Source: an uncultured Alphaproteobacteria bacterium
GTDB lineage: Bacteria > Pseudomonadota > Alphaproteobacteria > RF32 > CAG-239
Direction of reading: 5' to 3'
Assembly (NCBI GenBank): GCA_944390035.1
Contig: CALXOP010000017.1
Location: forward strand, 1-50,641
DNA: 50,641 bases
Of the stretch, positions 45,001 to 50,641 are shown piece after piece. A model generated the notes under the pieces. That model searched no databases, had not been told where the DNA came from, and worked only from the letters and a program-made list of their open reading frames with translations. The translations under genes were made by a program, and so were the position numbers. Each line of letters starts with the position of its first letter. Within the stretch, counting starts at the first letter, position 1.

Positions 45001-46034
45001 TCATTTCTCCTGCTGTCAAATGCATCTCGTACCCCTTCCCCAATAAAGATGAGCAAGGTCAACAAGCAAGACAAAACCACAAAAATTGAAAGTCCGATCC
45101 AAGGTGCTTGCAAATTATCTTTACCTTGGCGCACCAAATCCCCCAAAGACGGATATTCATGCGATAAACCCAGGCCCAAGAAATCAAGTGCCGTCAAAGC
45201 CACTATTGCTTCCGATAACAAAAAAGGAACAAAAGTGATGGTTGCCACCAACGCATTGGGCAGAATATGTCGATAAATAATTCTAAAATTGCTTGCCCCT
45301 AACGCCTCGGCAGCCTTAACAAATTCAAAATTTCTGGTACGCATCACCTCTGCTCGCACCAATCCGGTCAACGATGTCCAAGAAAAAAACAGCAAAATAA
45401 CCAACAAGCTCCAAAAGGTCGGCACAAAAATACTCGCCACAATAATCAAAATAAACAACTGCGGCAAAGAATCCCAAATTTCCATAAACCTTTGCAGAAT
45501 AATATCTGTTTTTCCGCCAAAATAACCCTGCACAGCTCCGGCAAAGACACCTATGCACGATGAAATAAATGTCAAGATAAAAGCAAACACAAGAGAAAGC
45601 CGTAAACCATAAAGTATTCTGGCAACAATATCCCTACCCTCATCATCCGTTCCCAACCAATGAGTTGAGCTCGGAGCTGCAGGTGTCGGAACATTCAAAT
45701 CATAATCTACTGTATTGAAAGAAAAAGGAATTATCGGCATAATCATCCAACCGTTTTCCTCAATGTTTCGCCGAATTAATTCATCACGGTAGTCCGCCGG
45801 CGTTGGAAAATCTCCCCCAAATTCAGTTTCATTATAAGCCTGAAAAATCGGAAAATAATACTGATTATTATATTTCAAAATCAAAGGTTTATCGTTTGCA
45901 ATTAATTCTGAGAACAAACTCAAAACAAACACACCGACCAATATCATCAAAGCCCACCAAGCACGCCGCTTTTTGCAAAACGCACGCCAACGTCTTTTAA
46001 GCAAACTCTGTTTATCCGACGTTTGTTGAGCCAA
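44997..46034 (-). CDS. yejE: YejE-type peptide ABC permease
   Basis: 345 aa. Contains WLGTDDEGRDIVARILYG and the EAA-loop region VKAAEALGASNFRIIYRHILPN. It forms an ATGA overlap with yejF. Confidence 0.85.
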   Translation of the reverse strand: MAQQTSDKQSLLKRRWRAFCKKRRAWWALMILVGVFVLSLFSELIANDKPLILKYNNQYYFPIFQAYNETEFGGDFPTPADYRDELIRRNIEENGWMIMPIIPFSFNTVDYDLNVPTPAAPSSTHWLGTDDEGRDIVARILYGLRLSLVFAFILTFISSCIGVFAGAVQGYFGGKTDIILQRFMEIWDSLPQLFILIIVASIFVPTFWSLLVILLFFSWTSLTGLVRAEVMRTRNFEFVKAAEALGASNFRIIYRHILPNALVATITFVPFLLSEAIVALTALDFLGLGLSHEYPSLGDLVRQGKDNLQAPWIGLSIFVVLSCLLTLLIFIGEGVRDAFDSRRND

Positions 46035-46045
46035 TTTTTTAATCC

Positions 46046-48442
46046 TTACTCAGCTGTTTTATTAGTCGGTTTGGGTTGTATCTCAGGTGCCGAAATTTCA
46101 ACATTTGCTGGCGGAGTTTGTTCCTTTACGGAAGAAGTTTCCGCTTCCTCTGCATTAGGAGCAACCTTTTCCGCCTCATTTTTGGCATTATTTTCTTCTT
46201 TTTCCAAGGGAATATCATTAGAGCTTAAAGTATCAGAAGAACTTTCGTTATTATCAATTTGAATTTCATCCTTAATACTCTTTACTTCTTGTTCTTTTCC
46301 TTCATTTATGGGTTGTTCCATTACCGAAGCCTTGCCGACGGCTCTTTCCTCTGGCAAATCATTGACCTTTTCACTTCCGGCAGGCTTTTCTGCATCACTT
46401 ACTTGAGCTTTATCTTTAGCACCTTCAAGTGGCTTGTCTACCGATTCAGTTTTCACATCATCAGCGGATTTTGCATCTGCTATTGCTTTCTTAACAACTT
46501 TATCTTTTACTTTAGCTTGTATTTCTTTGAGTTTGTCTTTAGGAGATTTTTTAGTATTAAATTCTTGCCATTTTTTATACCAATCATCATAATTTTTGAG
46601 ATAACCGTTAATGGTTTCTTGGCTCAAAACATTGCTCAGCAAATTATCTTGCAGGCCTTTTGCTGCTGTTTCATAGAGACCCATACCTTTTAACTCTTCA
46701 CAATCTCCTTTCAAATAGAGATAGTTTTTAATTAATTCTCTACTCTCACAAATTTGATTATTAATGCTAAAAGAATTTTTAATAGGATTTTTAACCGCCA
46801 ACAACACTAAATTATTGCGTTTAAAATTCTCAATATAATCTTCGGTCTTTGGACCGCCAAGTTCATTAATACCACTCACACCTTGCAAGAATACAATAGT
46901 GTTTTCATCTAGTTTTTTCTCTTTAAGAGCCTGCATAAATTGTTCCAACTTACCAATCAAACAAGAATACTGTTCTTGATAGGCTTTTCTTTTTTCAAAT
47001 AATTGCTTATTGCCAACCCATTTATAATTACTAATATTTTGCCATTGTGATTGCGGCTTTAATTGGCAAAATTCATTATAAACATACATATCGGCAGGCA
47101 AATCCAAGAAGACAAAATAAGCTCTATTACTTTTACCTTTTTGAATTTCTTCCAACAGTCTATCCATAGTCTTCAACGAGTTAACCACATATAAAGAATC
47201 ATAAGATACGCCCATTATTGGCAACTTGCTGGCCGTTACAAATCCATCTATCATGCTGTAAGGAACAGACCAATCCGTCATCAAATGCCAGCTGTTAATC
47301 CATTGTACCATCAAAAACTTTGCTTGCTCCCAAGAAGAGGCTTTTAAATTACGTGCCGCAATCGGCGTATTGATTTTATCAATACATTTATCGACATTGC
47401 GTGCATTATTTTTATCACACAAATCGATTCCGCGAGATTGAAGCGCCGTAATCCGATAATTAGAGTTTTTATAAACATCTATCAACTGCGCATTTTTCAA
47501 AAAGACATACTCGTCACGTACATCTGAAAAATTCCACAAACTATCCAATTCAACATTTTTCAAAATATGTTCATCGGCTTTTTTATCATCCAAGCCGTTT
47601 AATATTTCCACCGTATTATGCAAAGCATCTGTTGTATTGACATAAGCATTCGGATAAACCCAAAAACCATTTTTAGCCAAAAATGCCACCAAACGTCCTT
47701 TTAATTCATTGGCTTTATCATTTTTGTTTAATTGGTCTTTCATTTCCCCGAGGGTGATATAAGAGCTCGCGTTCGGCAAAAAGATATAAACGTATTTTCT
47801 TGGATTTTTACTTGCTTTATCTAAATGATTATCATAGCGCACCACAAAATCATCAAGATTATTTTTTATCAAATAGGAATCAGCCAAAATACCGCCGAAG
47901 ATAATCAGCAAAATTCCCGTAAAATAAGCGGTACCGGACTTTGAGGACATCATCAAAATCACAAAAGTCAGAACCCCGGCACCTCCGGCCAAAATCCAAT
48001 GTGAAATACCATTAAAAATAAAGGCAGCCGACATTCCGATATAAGGAGACAACATAGGCTCCAAAATTGAGGTCTTATCATAAATGGCAAACTGGTTCAG
48101 CAAAGCCAAGACAAAGCCGCCCATCACCACTGAGGCTAACAAATTTTCTAACAAAGAAGAAAAAGACACCAAAAACATTATAAATAAAGAAACAAACAAA
48201 ATCACCAGCAGCGAGGTTAAAATTTCAGGCTGCAGGCCAAGAGTCTCCGCAAATATGGCTTGATTTCCCGAACCGGCAAACAACAAGAAATCAATTCCCA
48301 AAAGCAAGGCGACAAACATCCCTTTAATAATCCAATCAAAGACATATCTAAAGATTCCTCTGGAATTTTTACCTCTTACTTTGCGAACGTTAGCCGCAAT
48401 ATTTGAAGATTGATTTGAACTTTCAATAATAACGTCCTGCAT
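46046..48442 (-). CDS. large inner-membrane protein: 5 N-terminal TM helices, a roughly 400-aa soluble domain and a roughly 190-aa acidic low-complexity tail
   Basis: 798-aa ORF ending 11 nt before yejE. The architecture resembles the LtaS/EptA/PbgA(YejM) class, but I cannot see catalytic motifs. Confidence 0.75.
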   Translation of the reverse strand: MQDVIIESSNQSSNIAANVRKVRGKNSRGIFRYVFDWIIKGMFVALLLGIDFLLFAGSGNQAIFAETLGLQPEILTSLLVILFVSLFIMFLVSFSSLLENLLASVVMGGFVLALLNQFAIYDKTSILEPMLSPYIGMSAAFIFNGISHWILAGGAGVLTFVILMMSSKSGTAYFTGILLIIFGGILADSYLIKNNLDDFVVRYDNHLDKASKNPRKYVYIFLPNASSYITLGEMKDQLNKNDKANELKGRLVAFLAKNGFWVYPNAYVNTTDALHNTVEILNGLDDKKADEHILKNVELDSLWNFSDVRDEYVFLKNAQLIDVYKNSNYRITALQSRGIDLCDKNNARNVDKCIDKINTPIAARNLKASSWEQAKFLMVQWINSWHLMTDWSVPYSMIDGFVTASKLPIMGVSYDSLYVVNSLKTMDRLLEEIQKGKSNRAYFVFLDLPADMYVYNEFCQLKPQSQWQNISNYKWVGNKQLFEKRKAYQEQYSCLIGKLEQFMQALKEKKLDENTIVFLQGVSGINELGGPKTEDYIENFKRNNLVLLAVKNPIKNSFSINNQICESRELIKNYLYLKGDCEELKGMGLYETAAKGLQDNLLSNVLSQETINGYLKNYDDWYKKWQEFNTKKSPKDKLKEIQAKVKDKVVKKAIADAKSADDVKTESVDKPLEGAKDKAQVSDAEKPAGSEKVNDLPEERAVGKASVMEQPINEGKEQEVKSIKDEIQIDNNESSSDTLSSNDIPLEKEENNAKNEAEKVAPNAEEAETSSVKEQTPPANVEISAPEIQPKPTNKTAE

Positions 48443-48508
48443 TTTGATATCCTCATTATTTTTCTAAAATTAGAAATATCTAAGCATATTCTCAAATCAA
48501 TTTAAAGC

Positions 48509-48545
48509 AAAAATCCCCGAAACTGCACAGGCTTCGGGGATTTTT
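48509..48545. terminator. bidirectional intrinsic terminator downstream of rpsD
   Basis: aaaaa-tccccgaa-actgcacaggc-ttcgggga-ttttt. Confidence 0.8.
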
Positions 48546-48564
48546 AATTGCGTTATAAATTTGA

Positions 48565-49179
48565 CTATCTTGAATAGTATTCGATAACCAGATTCGGTTC
48601 CATAACACATCCGTAAGGAATATCGTCAAATTTAGGAATAAATGTAAATTTAGCGGTTAATTTTTTGTTATCAACTTCCAAATAACCCGGAACATCGTGA
48701 AGAGTGCTTTCAACAGCAGCCGTAACGATAGCGAGTTGTTTAGATTTTTCACGAACTTCGATAACATCACCAACTTTAACCATGTAAGAAGGAATGTTTA
48801 CTTTCTTACCGTTAACGGTAACATGTCCATGGTTAACAAATTGACGAGAAGCAAAAATGGTAGAAGCGAATTTAGCTTTCCAAACCAAGTTATCCAAACG
48901 AGATTCCAAAATGCCGACCAAGTTTTCAGCAGAGTCACCGCCTCTTCTAACGGCTTCTACATAATATTTATGGAATTGTTTTTCGTTAACGTTACCATAA
49001 TAGGTTTTTAATTTTTGTTTAGCATACAATTGCTCACCGTAGTCGGTCATTTTTTTGCGTCTTTGACCATGTTGACCCGGAGCATATTCTCTCTTATTTA
49101 ATGGGCTTTTCGGATCGCCCCACAAATTTGCGCCATAACGACGATTCGTCTTTTTCTTAGCGTTTTCAATACTTTTCAT
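48565..49179 (-). CDS. rpsD: 30S ribosomal protein S4
   Basis: 204 aa. Contains [21 protein letters not shown] and an S4 RNA-binding domain. Confidence 0.97.
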   Translation of the reverse strand: MKSIENAKKKTNRRYGANLWGDPKSPLNKREYAPGQHGQRRKKMTDYGEQLYAKQKLKTYYGNVNEKQFHKYYVEAVRRGGDSAENLVGILESRLDNLVWKAKFASTIFASRQFVNHGHVTVNGKKVNIPSYMVKVGDVIEVREKSKQLAIVTAAVESTLHDVPGYLEVDNKKLTAKFTFIPKFDDIPYGCVMEPNLVIEYYSR

Positions 49180-49380
49180 AAATAAAAATCCTTATTAAAC
49201 AGGTTATTACATTATTGTCTCGGTAGTATTGCAACATAAATTGCAAACGGGGCCTAAAAGTCCACATTCCCGAAAGTATGGGCAATATATTACACTTTTT
49301 TTTAAATTACAAGCAATTTTTCCAAAATTAGTCTGGATTATTTACAAATTCCGGCTACAATAAGGCCAGAGGAAATACCA

Positions 49381-50641
49381 ATGGGATATGACATACTGTT
49401 TCAACAAGCTCTGCAACTCCACGAGCAAGGCCGCTTAGACGAAGCCGAAAACATCTATCGCCAAATTTTAGAAACGGCACCGGATAACGCCGATGTCTTA
49501 AATTTGTTGGGCTTAATTGCACAAGCCAAAGGCATGCATACCCAAGCAACGGAACTCTTCTATCATGCCGTCAAACAAGCCCCCAAGCACGCACCTTTTT
49601 GGTTTAATCTTGGGCTTGCATTGGAAAATGACAACAAACCCGTTGAGGCCTTGCAGGCATACCAAACAGCCGTTAAGCTCAAGCCTGATTTTAAGGAAGC
49701 CTTTTCCAACATGGGCGACATATATAATAAAGAGCAAAAATCAGACCTTGCCGAAGAGATGTATAATAAAGCTCTGCAAATTGATGGGAATTTTGCCCCT
49801 GCTCTGGCTAACCTTTCAGCCCTCAAACAAGACCTTCAAGCACTGCAAAACTATTGCCGTCTATATCCAACTGAAGCGATTTTTCCTTATTACTTAAGTA
49901 AGATTTACCAAAACAACGCACAATATGAGGAAGCCTTGCAATATATCCGCCAGGCTCAAACCATTGCGCCTTCCTCATTAGATGTGTTGGAAACTCTGGC
50001 CGAACTTCTCATGCTCACCAACAATGAAGATGAGGCCATAAAAAATTTTGAGCAAATCTTATGCCTCAATCCCAATTCCGTGCCGGCGTTGATTAATCTT
50101 GCCAACCACGCCACACAATGCCAGGATTACACCAAAGCCGAGCGCTATTACAAACAAGCCCTGGACCTATCTCCACATGATTTGGATGCCCATTTTAACT
50201 ATGCCAATATGCTCTACCGCCAAAACCGCTTACCGGAAGCCTTAGAGGAATATCGTGCTGCTGTTATTATTAACCCCAATCGTTATGAAATCAGCAACAA
50301 TCTGGGATTAATTCAAAAAGACTTAGGCGAATATGAAGAAGCGCTGGGCTTATTTTTTAATGCCTTTTTCAAAAATCCAACATCTGAAGACATCGCCTTA
50401 AATATTGTTGAAACGCTGACCCTGCTTTATCACCAAGACAAAGACAAAGCCATCAAAATTGCTCAAAACTGGTACAAAGAGGCTCCAAACAATATTTTTG
50501 CCCAACAAATAAATGCTGCCCTTAACGGAGAAACAAGTGAAAATAATCAAATTTATATTCAAAAGTTGTTTGACCATTTCGCTGATAATTACGAAATGGT
50601 TTTGCGAAGGATTGGTTACCTCACTCCAAGAAAGCTTAGAG
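49381..50641 (+). CDS. TPR-repeat protein with the start of a C-terminal methyltransferase domain (partial, runs off the window)
   Basis: Absent from the track because no stop falls in the window. My own translation from the ATG at 49381: MGYDILFQQALQLHEQGRLDEAENIYRQILETAPDNADVLNLLGLIAQAKG..., with many 34-aa TPR units. The end, QKLFDHFADNYEMVLRRIGY, resembles COG4976-type methyltransferases. Confidence 0.8.
   Translation, partial: MGYDILFQQALQLHEQGRLDEAENIYRQILETAPDNADVLNLLGLIAQAKGMHTQATELFYHAVKQAPKHAPFWFNLGLALENDNKPVEALQAYQTAVKLKPDFKEAFSNMGDIYNKEQKSDLAEEMYNKALQIDGNFAPALANLSALKQDLQALQNYCRLYPTEAIFPYYLSKIYQNNAQYEEALQYIRQAQTIAPSSLDVLETLAELLMLTNNEDEAIKNFEQILCLNPNSVPALINLANHATQCQDYTKAERYYKQALDLSPHDLDAHFNYANMLYRQNRLPEALEEYRAAVIINPNRYEISNNLGLIQKDLGEYEEALGLFFNAFFKNPTSEDIALNIVETLTLLYHQDKDKAIKIAQNWYKEAPNNIFAQQINAALNGETSENNQIYIQKLFDHFADNYEMVLRRIGYLTPRKLR

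Noticed and set aside
46259-46693. 144-aa + strand ORF and 46023..46262.
   Set aside because: They lie antisense to the acidic tail of the 798-aa membrane protein. They are F/I/L-rich and lack any translation signals.
49355-49897. Four short track ORFs (both strands).
   Set aside because: All overlap the long TPR reading frame that starts at 49381.
1-50641. CRISPR arrays, rRNA genes, IS elements, integrases, prophage genes and recognisable defence or toxin-antitoxin modules.
   Set aside because: None were seen on either strand. The only repeat structures are those listed above: the tRNA-end duplication, the phased 9-mers, and the 20-nt units in the acidic tail.

Overview
About 50.6 kb of chromosome from a low-GC alphaproteobacterium (GC judged by eye, not computed). 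The assignment rests on an alpha-type Hfq core ([30 protein letters not shown]), the dusB/trkA/hfq/hflX neighbourhood, a MlaD+DUF2155 pair and yejEF. Tight gene packing with ATGA overlaps, an ankyrin-like ORF, loss of the ntr genes and no transposases suggest a streamlined, possibly host-associated lineage; this is inference. I call about 52 CDS, one tRNA-Lys(CUU), several intrinsic terminators, and no rRNA, CRISPR, integrase or transposase. Housekeeping genes are kdsA, recO, parC, dusB, trkA, hfq, hflX, rpsD, a uracil-DNA glycosylase, a DsbD-like reductase and a CDP-alcohol phosphatidyltransferase. Envelope and transport genes are two tandem MlaD paralogs with a DUF2155 protein and a GT2 glycosyltransferase, an ABC-2/GldG-like/DUF4340-like operon ending in a soluble PAS histidine kinase, yejE-yejF behind a large 5-TM protein, and a beta-barrel OMP. 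Energy genes are apbE-rseC-rnfBCDGEA. Points worth a second look: (1) the tRNA-Lys 3' end plus its terminator is duplicated 181 bp downstream, bracketing a 127-nt GC-rich structured insert that carries a second tRNA-like T-arm (att-scar-like); (2) the Rnf operon has the RseC-BCDGEA order I associate with Bacteroidota/Chlorobi, not the alphaproteobacterial rnfABCDGE(H) order; (3) dusB is fused by an ATGA overlap directly to trkA, where alphaproteobacteria normally carry ntrBC-ntrYX; (4) there is a 1331-aa membrane-anchored coiled-coil giant preceded by a small conserved ORF missed by the track; (5) a small gene is split at a T4 run, and its downstream frame ends in an ATGA overlap with dusB; (6) a tandem pair of unknown paralogs and an ankyrin-like 681-aa ORF; (7) an AT-rich 515-bp spacer holds 11-bp-phased GTATYACAA repeats; (8) a UDG / unknown / HD-nucleotidase trio. 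None of these can be assigned a novel function from sequence alone, so the family assignments below come from motif recognition and are not search results.
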